Assembly (NCBI GenBank): GCA_031386125.1
Contig: JANNCC010000040.1
Coordinates: 1-54,072, forward strand
Origin: Chitinophagaceae bacterium
GTDB lineage: Bacteria > Bacteroidota > Bacteroidia > Chitinophagales > Chitinophagaceae
Reading direction: 5' to 3'
DNA length: 54,072 nt
The translations under genes were made by a program, and so were the position numbers. This document shows, piece by piece, positions 26,575 to 35,208 of the stretch. Under the pieces are notes generated by a model. It did no database searches. It had not been told where the DNA came from and saw only the letters and a program-made list of their open reading frames with translations. Numbering within the stretch: the first letter of the stretch is position 1; every line of letters starts with the position of its first letter.

Positions 26575-29385
26575 CTATGTTGCAGGCCGGTTTTTTCTTT
26601 TTATAAGGAGGTAGATAGAAGCACCAATTAAAATGACAACCGCAATCCACCACCAGTTAGATGATTGCTGCCGACTTTCATATTCGCCGATAAGTATAAG
26701 ATGAGCCCAATAGACTGGGGATTTGAACCGTGGGTCAATGTCTTTATTATTCAGTAAATCAAGCTTGGACTGTTGCAATGCTTTATCTTTTGTATAATTT
26801 TTATCCAGGTAGTAATGTAGTTGCCGGGTAAGAAACGCAGTTGTTTTGTCTTCTGCTTTCCACAAGGAAGTAATTATATCCGGACAACCGGCGTAAGCAA
26901 ATGATCTCGACAAACTCATGAGTCCTTCGCCTTTTACCAATGGCCCAGCACCCGTTTCACAAGCACTGAGAATCACTAGTTGGGTTGAATCAAGCTTAAG
27001 GTCAGCAATTTCAGGTGCATAAAGCCGGTAATCATTATTTCCGGGGTAAAAGGCGATAAAAGAACGGGAAGGATCAAGGTTATTTACACTAGCATGTGTA
27101 GCGAGATGAATAGTGCCATATTTGTTAATGGACTCCAGAAAATTTTCCCTGGTAGCGGCTGAATCAATGAAAGATACTCCTTCCAGTTCTGCTACTTCAC
27201 CTTTTGAGGATGGTAATTTGTTTAGTGAATAGCCTGAAGAATCGCTGTAGCCATTTGACGCAAAAGGAGCAAAGGATAATGTTCCGGATGAATGGATCGG
27301 GGGTTCATTTTTTCCGAGCAAGGCTGTTGAGTATTGATACTGTACGGAAAATTTTTCAATGAGGTATTTTTTATTTTCATCCTGTAATGCTTCAAACGGC
27401 AGATAGTTCAGTTCATCATCAGGTATAATGATCAGTCTTTTTATTTGTAACAGCTTTGATTGTACAGGTTCAATCAGCGTTTTGTATAAACTATTTGAAA
27501 TGTTAGTTCCATTATACCTTTGGTCAGCCGATGTATTATGCAATGCATTTTTGAAAGTATCAATTGCTTTTAAAAAACCTATATTGATAGCTGACTGGTA
27601 ATACTCAAACCGGCTGGGAGTGATTAAGAAAGTTAACAGTTCGGTATCAGAGAGGTGGAAGGAAAGAAGGGCAGTATTATTATCTAATCTTTTTTGCAGT
27701 TGATTGATAGTCGGAATCTGTTCAAGAGATTTTCTCTGTTGCCACGCAGGGTCGTCATTTAATTTTTCTTCCAGTTTGCTCAATGCAATTTCATTATCCC
27801 GGATAGCATCATTGATCTGAAGTAAGATAAGGCTATCAGTTGCTTGTGCTGCTTTTAATGACAATCGTGTTGTCGAAGTTTTGAGCAATGATTCCTGCCG
27901 GATGAGTTCACTTGATTCGCCGGATTTATTTCTTAATTCATTCTCCTGCACATTAAGTGTAAGGATGGAAGCCTTATTTTGCTGATCAAACAAATAAGCA
28001 CCTTCCAGGTAGTTTCTTTTGTGAGTAAGGTTATACAAGAGCAGGCTAACATCAATCGGCTTACTATGAACAGTATATTTTATTTTTCCCAGAAACAGCC
28101 GGGCTTCATCTGAGTCATAGTTTTTTTCTACATAGTCAGCCAGTTTAAAAGCGTAATGATACGTTTGCAGAGATATTTTCAGGAGTTCAATATTTTTTTC
28201 CTGCTGATACCAGGCTTCAAAAGCGGCTGCTTTGGCCGCCAGTGTGTTAAATAGGTTGATAAAGGAAAAAACTCCTCTGAATTGCTCAGGATTTTTATAA
28301 ATATCAGTTTCTCCAAAAGTTTGATGAAATTGCATCACTGCTTCCTGATACAGGCCAATAGCTTCTTTGTATAATTGTTGTTTTACCAATTCATCGGCCT
28401 GGAATTTCAGGATGAGACCATATTGTGTATTTTTTCGGCGTCCGTTCCATTTAATATTTTCAGCAAGAGCTTTTTGCAAATGGAATTCGGAAGAATCTTT
28501 TTCTTGTAAGGCAGCGTACGCCACTCCGAAATTATAAAAGAGGTCAATACTCTTTTTATTGTTGCTGTAATTAATTTTTTGGAGATACTCAATTCCCGTT
28601 TTATAATCTTGCTGTTTAATGCTGATGATGGCGAGATTGTGATAAATCTCATTCTCAAAAGCAACAGAAGGAAGCAGACTCTTATATACAACCCGGGCTG
28701 AGTCGTAGTCTTCCAGCTTTACAAGTAGTGAAGCAATATTAATTTTATAATTCGTAATCAGGCTATTGTTGGCAGAGTTTGTCAGGGTAATGGCTTTTTC
28801 AAAATAGTTTCTGGCCTTCCGGTAATTTCCGGCTTCATAAAAGGTGGCACCGAGCCTGTTATATAGCCGCTGTGCTTCATTCAAAGGTTTTTGATAACTA
28901 TCATTAACCTGTTCTGCCTTTTTGTAATAGAATAAAGCAGAATCAAACTGGTTTTGATTGTAATAGATTCCACCTGTGTACAAATAAGGAAGAAATAAAA
29001 AAGAATCAGGAACAGAGTAAAGTTGCTGTTTTAATAAAATGGCAGCCAGATAATCTGTTTTTGCTGCGGTAACACTATCAAAATAATATTGAATGAAGCC
29101 GGTTTTTAACCGGATAAAAAAAAGTAATGAATCATTTCCTGTTTTTTCGGAAGCTGGCGCAAGACTTGTAAAGGCGGTCAACGCCTGCTGATACATTTCA
29201 TCAGCAGTTACCTGTATTTTTTCATTATCACCTGCCAGGAGAGACAATCTTTCTGCCTGGCGATACATTTTTTCGGCAGCTAAATAATCTTTTAATTGTG
29301 CAGCATCATTATTGACCGATTGATTTTGGGAAAAGCAATAGAGCAACAGTCCGGCCAATAATAATGATAAAAGGATTTTTTGCAT
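26575..29385 (-). CDS. Exported TPR-CHAT (caspase-like) protease with C-terminal membrane anchor
   Basis: Signal peptide, multiple TPRs, IIPDDELNYLPFEAL, HLATHA (His), LSACETG (Cys), SLWKAED, PVYWA; C-terminal WWWIAVVILIGASIYLLIKRK. Confidence 0.93.
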   Translation of the reverse strand: MQKILLSLLLAGLLLYCFSQNQSVNNDAAQLKDYLAAEKMYRQAERLSLLAGDNEKIQVTADEMYQQALTAFTSLAPASEKTGNDSLLFFIRLKTGFIQYYFDSVTAAKTDYLAAILLKQQLYSVPDSFLFLPYLYTGGIYYNQNQFDSALFYYKKAEQVNDSYQKPLNEAQRLYNRLGATFYEAGNYRKARNYFEKAITLTNSANNSLITNYKINIASLLVKLEDYDSARVVYKSLLPSVAFENEIYHNLAIISIKQQDYKTGIEYLQKINYSNNKKSIDLFYNFGVAYAALQEKDSSEFHLQKALAENIKWNGRRKNTQYGLILKFQADELVKQQLYKEAIGLYQEAVMQFHQTFGETDIYKNPEQFRGVFSFINLFNTLAAKAAAFEAWYQQEKNIELLKISLQTYHYAFKLADYVEKNYDSDEARLFLGKIKYTVHSKPIDVSLLLYNLTHKRNYLEGAYLFDQQNKASILTLNVQENELRNKSGESSELIRQESLLKTSTTRLSLKAAQATDSLILLQINDAIRDNEIALSKLEEKLNDDPAWQQRKSLEQIPTINQLQKRLDNNTALLSFHLSDTELLTFLITPSRFEYYQSAINIGFLKAIDTFKNALHNTSADQRYNGTNISNSLYKTLIEPVQSKLLQIKRLIIIPDDELNYLPFEALQDENKKYLIEKFSVQYQYSTALLGKNEPPIHSSGTLSFAPFASNGYSDSSGYSLNKLPSSKGEVAELEGVSFIDSAATRENFLESINKYGTIHLATHASVNNLDPSRSFIAFYPGNNDYRLYAPEIADLKLDSTQLVILSACETGAGPLVKGEGLMSLSRSFAYAGCPDIITSLWKAEDKTTAFLTRQLHYYLDKNYTKDKALQQSKLDLLNNKDIDPRFKSPVYWAHLILIGEYESRQQSSNWWWIAVVILIGASIYLLIKRKNRPAT

Positions 29386-29426
29386 GATAAGCTGGTCAAA
29401 AGCTTATCAAATTTAAACGCTGATGC

Positions 29427-30215
29427 TTAATTAGCAATAATAATAACACAAGGAGGTCTTGGCTTGGCGGCTTGTTCAGATCTCTCTGTGAAATTGCCCC
29501 GCAAGAAAACACCTCCCGATTGCCTCTCCTGCAATGTTTGAAGAAGATCTGGAGCAACTGTAGCCATGGAAGTATAATAATAGAGCCTGACTTTCAGTTT
29601 GTTTACCGTTTTACTGCTTCCGTCATTTAAACGATAGATAATTTCCACATCCCTTCTGGTATCGTTGGTAGGGGTGCTTCCAAATAATCCATTGCGGACA
29701 GTTTGTGCCAGATTGATTTGTCCGTTAATCGTTTTTACATCACAGCCTGAGGAATTGGCACCGCCTCCATCATCAAATACAGAGCCGCTGATCGGAAGAA
29801 TTGAGGAAGCTGTTGCATTATAAATTGGTAGTGCAACAGAGTCATTTTGTGAAAGATTATAAAACTTGTCAAAGAAGGTGATACCTGATAAAACAACTTT
29901 TGTAGTGGTAACAGTACCATCAGTAGCAGTGTGAGTAATGCGGTAGCGAAGCCCTGTTTCACTTTTTGAAATATTAATGGCTCCTGTATTATCGTCTATT
30001 TCGATGCCTTCCGGAAAGCCTTTGTAAGTTCCGTTACGATGTGTTGTGGGAGTAACGATGTAGTCGCCTGCTGAAGGTTTGAGGTAGAGAATAGAATCAC
30101 CATAACTCAGGTTATAGGCCCCGTCCTGATCGTTTGCTTCTTTCTTACAGGAAAGTAAGGCTAAGGAGCTAGTCATTAAAACGAAGCCGTAAACAAGAAT
30201 TTTGGGATTCTTCAT
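29427..30215 (-). CDS. Hypothetical lipoprotein (start reassigned to 30215)
   Basis: MKNPK... lipobox LLSC; PEGIEIDDNTGAINI Ig-like motif; C-terminal PRPPCVIIIAN. Confidence 0.78.
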   Translation of the reverse strand: MKNPKILVYGFVLMTSSLALLSCKKEANDQDGAYNLSYGDSILYLKPSAGDYIVTPTTHRNGTYKGFPEGIEIDDNTGAINISKSETGLRYRITHTATDGTVTTTKVVLSGITFFDKFYNLSQNDSVALPIYNATASSILPISGSVFDDGGGANSSGCDVKTINGQINLAQTVRNGLFGSTPTNDTRRDVEIIYRLNDGSSKTVNKLKVRLYYYTSMATVAPDLLQTLQERQSGGVFLRGNFTERSEQAAKPRPPCVIIIAN

Positions 30216-30233
30216 GAAGAGCCTTTTTTGTGG

Positions 30234-30260
30234 GTAAACACTAAGTGAAAAGATGTAACC
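30234..30260 (-). promoter_or_regulatory. Putative ECF sigma promoter, site C
   Basis: Minus strand GGTTACAT-N15-TTAC ending 18 nt before ATG 30215. Confidence 0.65.
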
Positions 30261-30393
30261 ACTTGTCGACAATTGTTCTAAAATAATTTTCAAATTTACA
30301 CTTTCTTAAGTAAGGGGATGTTGATTTAAATCAGTTTGTTTAGAAAGGGTTTTAACCGCAACTTTGTCATCTTAGGTAACGATAAACGGCTGT

Positions 30394-31596
30394 ATGACAA
30401 GAATAGGACTTATTAAAGAGGGAAAAACACCGGCAGATAACCGGGTGTCACTGATTCCCGCCCAATGTAAATGGATACACAAAAATGCACCACATATCAA
30501 AATTGTTGTTCAATCATCCTCCAGCCGCTGTTTTTCCGACAGGGAATACATCTCTGCGGGGGTTGAAGTGAAAGAGGACCTGAATGATTGTGATATTTTA
30601 CTAGGCATAAAAGAAGTGCCGGTTGATCAGTTAATAGCCGGAAAAACGTATATGTTCTTTTCGCATACCAAAAAGAAACAACTGCATAATCAACAACTGC
30701 TGAGAGCAGTTTTAGATAAAAAAATCCGGTTGGTTGACTTTGAATGCCTGGAGCATGAAGATGGGCAACGTATCATAGGGTTTGGATTCTTTGCCGGGAT
30801 AGTAGGGGCGCATAACGGTATGATGGCTTATGGAGAGAGAACCGGATTGTTTAAATTAGAAAGAGTTTATAAACAAAGAAGTTTCAGGGAATTGATCCAT
30901 AATTATTTTGGCTTAAGATTGCCGAATGTAAAAATTGCTGTGACCGGTTCCGGAAGAGTGGCTCACGGTATTTTAGAAATTATGAACCTGATGGACATAA
31001 ACGAAGTGGAGCCAGAGGATTACAGGAAAAGAAGGTTTTCTTATCCGGTTTACACCCAATTAAAAGGAGCTGAATTGTATAGCAATAAACTGACGGGTAA
31101 ATACAGCCGGATAGAATTTCATGAGGATCCGGCAGCATATGCCTGTAAATTTTTACCCTATGCAGAGCAAACCGATATTTTAATGAACGGGGTGTATTGG
31201 GAAAAAAATGTTCCCCGTTTATTTGAAAAGGAAGATGCTAAATCGGAGAGCTTTATTATCCAAACCATTGCTGATATAACTGATGATGCCAATGGTTCTG
31301 TACCGGTAAATGTTGGCGACCAGACCATCGAAGACCCTGTTTACGGAATTGATAAGATTACGTTGATGAAAACAGCACCTTATCTTAAAAATTCTATTGA
31401 TATAATGGCAGTAGGCAACCTGCCTAATGAATTACCAAGAGATGCGAGCCGCTATTTTGGGGAACAGTTGATAAAACATGTGCTGGAAGATTTAACAGGT
31501 AACAGTTCTGATACTATTGAGAGAGCAACGATAGCAAAAGATGGAAAACTTACACCGCCTTTTGAGTATTTAAAAGATTTTTCAGCGGGAAAGTGA
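30394..31596 (+). CDS. AlaDH/PNT-family oxidoreductase (saccharopine dehydrogenase / lysine-ketoglutarate reductase-like)
   Basis: IKEGK.P.DNRV, GIKEVP, FFSHT.KKQ, TGSGRVAHG, MAVGNLPNELPRDASRYFG motifs. Confidence 0.85.
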   Translation: MTRIGLIKEGKTPADNRVSLIPAQCKWIHKNAPHIKIVVQSSSSRCFSDREYISAGVEVKEDLNDCDILLGIKEVPVDQLIAGKTYMFFSHTKKKQLHNQQLLRAVLDKKIRLVDFECLEHEDGQRIIGFGFFAGIVGAHNGMMAYGERTGLFKLERVYKQRSFRELIHNYFGLRLPNVKIAVTGSGRVAHGILEIMNLMDINEVEPEDYRKRRFSYPVYTQLKGAELYSNKLTGKYSRIEFHEDPAAYACKFLPYAEQTDILMNGVYWEKNVPRLFEKEDAKSESFIIQTIADITDDANGSVPVNVGDQTIEDPVYGIDKITLMKTAPYLKNSIDIMAVGNLPNELPRDASRYFGEQLIKHVLEDLTGNSSDTIERATIAKDGKLTPPFEYLKDFSAGK

Positions 31597-31622
31597 GTTC
31601 GGATACAGTAGCCAGGAGACGT

Positions 31623-32354
31623 TCACAGGTGCAGATAGTATTCTTTCAGCAAGTCTATAAAGGCCGGTGTGTACCGGTCAGCATCGTCTTTAATTGAAAT
31701 TTCTTCAATCATTGTTTCAGTTTGTTCGGCTGCCTTTAATCTTCCTGCCAATATGATGCGAAAATAATCATGATTGACTGATTGTCTTACAAGAACCAAT
31801 TGGCGAATACTGAGTTTATTTTCATTAAACAGTTTCTTTATTTCATCGTTTCTTTTATAAGGAAGTAAGAGGTAGAAGGTGCCGTCGGGCTTCAATTTTT
31901 TTTTAATTACCTGCAACAATTCAGGTAAGAGCAATCCTTCGTTATGATGAGCAATATTTTTCTTTGCATCATTACTTTTTAATTCATTTTCATAAAATGG
32001 CGGATTGCTTATGATAACATCATATTGAGTTGGGAATCCGAATTTTTCTGCATCAGCATTAATAACTTTTATCCTGTAGGCCCAGGGAGAAGCAGCAACA
32101 TTTTTTGCGGCCTGTTCAAAAGCTTCTTTATCTATTTCAATGGCATCAATAACGACTTCATTTTCCTGCGCAATCATAAGCGTTAACAATCCTGTGCCAG
32201 CTCCAATATCAAGAATTTTTCCGGATACTGTCTCCAGACTCTTGACTCCCTGACTCACATAGGCTCCAAACAAACACCCATCTGTTGTCACCTTCATGGC
32301 ACACTTATCCTGATGAACGATGAATTGTTTGAATTGAAACCAGGAATTTGCCAT
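31623..32354 (-). CDS. tRNA1(Val) (adenine37-N6)-methyltransferase
   Basis: FQFKQF...DKCAMKVTTDG, LDIGAGTG, ISNPPFY motifs. Confidence 0.9.
   Translation of the reverse strand: MANSWFQFKQFIVHQDKCAMKVTTDGCLFGAYVSQGVKSLETVSGKILDIGAGTGLLTLMIAQENEVVIDAIEIDKEAFEQAAKNVAASPWAYRIKVINADAEKFGFPTQYDVIISNPPFYENELKSNDAKKNIAHHNEGLLLPELLQVIKKKLKPDGTFYLLLPYKRNDEIKKLFNENKLSIRQLVLVRQSVNHDYFRIILAGRLKAAEQTETMIEEISIKDDADRYTPAFIDLLKEYYLHL
32230..32258. repeat. Short 7/8-nt tandem array inside the tRNA methyltransferase gene
   Basis: GTCTCCA GACTCTT GACTCCCT GACTCAC. Confidence 0.55.
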
Positions 32355-32363
32355 ATAACAGTA

Positions 32364-33404
32364 TTACCATGCTGCCCTTGCAGTTGAACTAACCGATAGG
32401 TCAGCAAATTCTCCGGCGAGGTATTTATAATAACCGGCAATGGCAATCATCGCTGCATTGTCAGTACAGTATTCAAAAGCCGGAATAAAAGTGTTCCAGT
32501 AATATCTTTTACCTGTTTCCTCAAAAGCTTTTCTCAAACCACTGTTGGCAGAAACACCACCTGCAAGACAAATATTGGTGATACCTGTTTCTACTGAAGC
32601 CTTCTTTAGTTTATTCAACAGTATGGTAACAATGCGGTGTTGAATAGAGGCGCAGATGTCCGGTAAATTATTTTGAATAAACTCTAGTTTCTCTTCTTCT
32701 GTAGCCGTAAATGCTGATTTGAATAAATTGCTCTTGCCTGCATTTTGTAAAAAATAAAGAATAGAAGTTTTCAATCCGCTGAAACTAAAATTAAGCCCTT
32801 CAATTTTTGGCTCAGGAAATTTAAACCGGTTCGCATCGCCTTGCTGCGCATATTTATCAATTAATGGTCCGCCAGGGTAGGGAAGGCCTAATAACTTCGC
32901 AGATTTATCAAACGCTTCGCCGGCTGCATCATCAATCGTTTCACCAATTACCTTCATACCGGTGGGTGATTCACATAACACAATTTGTGTATGACCTCCA
33001 CTGACTGTAAGGCATAGAAAAGGAAAATTTGGTTTAGGCTCACCAATGAGGTTGGCCAGCACATGTGCCTGCATATGATGAACCGCTATTAATGGCTTAT
33101 CCAATGCAAGAGCTACTGATTTGGCAAATTGCCCGCCTACCAGCAAAGAACCGATTAATCCCGGTGCTTGTGTAAAAGCAATCGCATCAATATTCTTCAA
33201 ATCACAACCAGCATTTTTTAAAGCGGCATCCACTACCGGAACTATATTCTGCATATGTGCCCTTGATGCTAATTCAGGAACAACGCCACCATATTTTTCA
33301 TGCACCGTTTGGTTGGCAATATAGTTGGACAATATCTTTCCATCAACACACACTGCAGCCGATGTTTCATCACAAGAAGATTCTATGGAGAGAATGGTAA
33401 TCAT
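32364..33404 (-). CDS. tsaD: tRNA N6-adenosine threonylcarbamoyltransferase TsaD (start reassigned to 33404)
   Basis: IESSCDET, GGVVPELASRAH, HHMQAH, VSGGHT, DDAAGEAFDK, CTDNAAMI. Confidence 0.97.
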   Translation of the reverse strand: MITILSIESSCDETSAAVCVDGKILSNYIANQTVHEKYGGVVPELASRAHMQNIVPVVDAALKNAGCDLKNIDAIAFTQAPGLIGSLLVGGQFAKSVALALDKPLIAVHHMQAHVLANLIGEPKPNFPFLCLTVSGGHTQIVLCESPTGMKVIGETIDDAAGEAFDKSAKLLGLPYPGGPLIDKYAQQGDANRFKFPEPKIEGLNFSFSGLKTSILYFLQNAGKSNLFKSAFTATEEEKLEFIQNNLPDICASIQHRIVTILLNKLKKASVETGITNICLAGGVSANSGLRKAFEETGKRYYWNTFIPAFEYCTDNAAMIAIAGYYKYLAGEFADLSVSSTARAAW

Positions 33405-33405
33405 G

Positions 33406-33437
33406 ATTTGCCAATTAGAAAATGTGCCAATGTGCCG
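33406..33437. repeat. Octamer tandem array, downstream arm of four-helix-bundle element 1
   Basis: ATTTGCCA ATTAGAAA ATGTGCCA ATGTGCCG. Confidence 0.85.
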
Positions 33438-33438
33438 A

Positions 33439-33789
33439 TTAAGCTTTTGAAGTAACAATTATTTTATTAATGATTCTTTGTATTGATTTTAGTTTTTCCA
33501 TTAAAGCCTCAACCTTTGGGTATCCAGCCGATTTCATACAGATTAACAACCAGTATTCGGTTTCTTCAGCTTCTTTTGCAACTATCTTAAATTTATGAAT
33601 GAAGTCGGGTTTGCTTTCTGCATTTTGAGCCTCTCTAACATTTGCCCCTATTGATGTGCCAGATTTGAATAACTGCCGGGCAATTACATATTTTCTTCTT
33701 TCTTCCAAAACGTCACAATACTTTACAACTTCAATGGCAAATTCTAAAGCGAGGGGTATAATCAGATTCTCTTTATGAGCAGGGTCCAT
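33439..33789 (-). CDS. Four helix bundle protein (23S rRNA IVS / Avd-like family); start reassigned to 33789
   Basis: QLFKSGTSIGANVREAQ.AES..DFIHK..I..KEAEETEYWL signature. Confidence 0.93.
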   Translation of the reverse strand: MDPAHKENLIIPLALEFAIEVVKYCDVLEERRKYVIARQLFKSGTSIGANVREAQNAESKPDFIHKFKIVAKEAEETEYWLLICMKSAGYPKVEALMEKLKSIQRIINKIIVTSKA

Positions 33790-33812
33790 ATAAACTATAT
33801 TTATTCTTTTAT

Positions 33813-33852
33813 TATCACATTGTCTAATCATCACATCGTCAAATCGACACAT
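33813..33852. repeat. Octamer tandem array, upstream arm of four-helix-bundle element 1
   Basis: Minus strand ATGTGTCG ATTTGACG ATGTGATG ATTAGACA ATGTGATA; inverted relative to 33406-33437. Confidence 0.85.
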
Positions 33853-35108
33853 TATTTACTCCGTATCGCCTCTACCGGATCCATTTTTGCTGCCTGCAAT
33901 GCTGGAATGAACCCGGCCAATATGCCTACGACTATACATATAATTATAGCCAATATCATATAGCCGGTAGAAATAAAAACCGGGAAGCTGAGGGCTTTAC
34001 TCAATATCTGTGTTAGCCCGAAAACCAGCATTAGTCCAATCACTCCACCAATGATGCATAGAAAGGCAGACTCCAGCAGAAATTCGGCCAGTATCACTCT
34101 TCGTTTAGCACCAACTGCTTTTTTCAACCCTATCTGGCTGGTTCGTTCTCTTACAGAAACAAACATAATATTGGCAACGCCAAACATGCCCACTATTAAT
34201 GATAGTGCAGCAATAGCCCAGCCACCAAGATTTACACCGGCAAATAATGAACTGATAGTTTCGCTAAAGTCATTAATATCATTCAATGCAAAATCATCCT
34301 CTTTAACAGGGGTAAGTTTATGAATAGCCCTCATGGTTCCTGCCAGATCGTCTTTCAATGCTTTGCTGCTCGTATTATCCTGACCCTGCACCATTATTAA
34401 CGGGTCGGCCTTCTGCTCATTCATAATGTTGCGGGCAAACTGGTAAGGTATCACCATGCTCTGGTCAAAATCCCAGCCGCCAATCATTTGTTTACCTTGT
34501 TTCTTAATCACCCCGATGATGCGGATTTTTTTCCCCCTGCCGGAAACTTCTTTGCCAACAGCAATATCAGCGGAGCCGAATAGTTTTTCGGCAACTGAAA
34601 ATCCTATCACCGCCGCATTGCTGCCCCGGTCAAATTCTGCATCAGACAAATAGCGGCCATCATTTAGTTCAATGGGTTGTATCTTATTAAAATCCTCGCT
34701 GATGCCGTAGATGTTTATGTTGGAAACAGTGTTGTTCCTGTATTCAATAGCAGAGACTATTTTAATGCGGAAGGCTGCATATTTAGCACCTGGTGTTCTT
34801 TCTTTGATATATTTTACTTCCCGGTATTTTGGTACAGGGCGGTTCACAAATTTCCACCATGGATATTCTGACCCGCCACCAGAACTGTAATCCCATTTGT
34901 CAACATAAATAGTATTGGTGCCGAGAGATTTTACTTCGTTCTGAATATTTCTTTCAAGACTGTTTACTACTGCAAGCACACCAATAATACAAAAGATACC
35001 AAAGGCAATACCACTCAACGACAGGGCAGTCCTGAGTTTATTTTTCCAGAACTCCTGCAGGGTCATTATAAAACTGCTGGTAAATATTTCAATGGAACGG
35101 CGAATCAC
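33852..35108 (-). CDS. ABC transporter permease (MacB/FtsX family)
   Basis: NKLRTALSL.GI, GVANIMFVSVRERTSQIGLKKAVGA, FLLES, PALQAAKMDPVEAIR. Confidence 0.93.
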   Translation of the reverse strand: MIRRSIEIFTSSFIMTLQEFWKNKLRTALSLSGIAFGIFCIIGVLAVVNSLERNIQNEVKSLGTNTIYVDKWDYSSGGGSEYPWWKFVNRPVPKYREVKYIKERTPGAKYAAFRIKIVSAIEYRNNTVSNINIYGISEDFNKIQPIELNDGRYLSDAEFDRGSNAAVIGFSVAEKLFGSADIAVGKEVSGRGKKIRIIGVIKKQGKQMIGGWDFDQSMVIPYQFARNIMNEQKADPLIMVQGQDNTSSKALKDDLAGTMRAIHKLTPVKEDDFALNDINDFSETISSLFAGVNLGGWAIAALSLIVGMFGVANIMFVSVRERTSQIGLKKAVGAKRRVILAEFLLESAFLCIIGGVIGLMLVFGLTQILSKALSFPVFISTGYMILAIIICIVVGILAGFIPALQAAKMDPVEAIRSK

Positions 35109-35127
35109 ACAACAAATTTAGCTATTA

Positions 35128-35162
35128 GGTGCAAGAATCAGGGTATAAGGTTCAGGGTTCAG
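35128..35162. repeat. Intergenic heptamer tandem array
   Basis: GGTGCAA GAATCAG GGTATAA GGTTCAG GGTTCAG. Confidence 0.65.
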
Positions 35163-35208
35163 TGGCGGCAGAATTTCAGTCCAGCGACTTTTTTGCATTC
35201 CTGTGCCT

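Noticed and set aside
26575-29385. CHAT protein as part of a CRISPR type III-E (Craspase) or cytoplasmic anti-phage system
   Set aside because: No Cas7-11 or array present; signal peptide and TM anchor point to envelope signalling
33790-33852. N-terminal extension MCRFDDVMIRQCD of the four-helix-bundle ORF (and MLLQKLNRHIGTFSNWQI of tsaD)
   Set aside because: These are translations of the octamer arrays; downstream ATGs at 33789 and 33404 match the usual family starts
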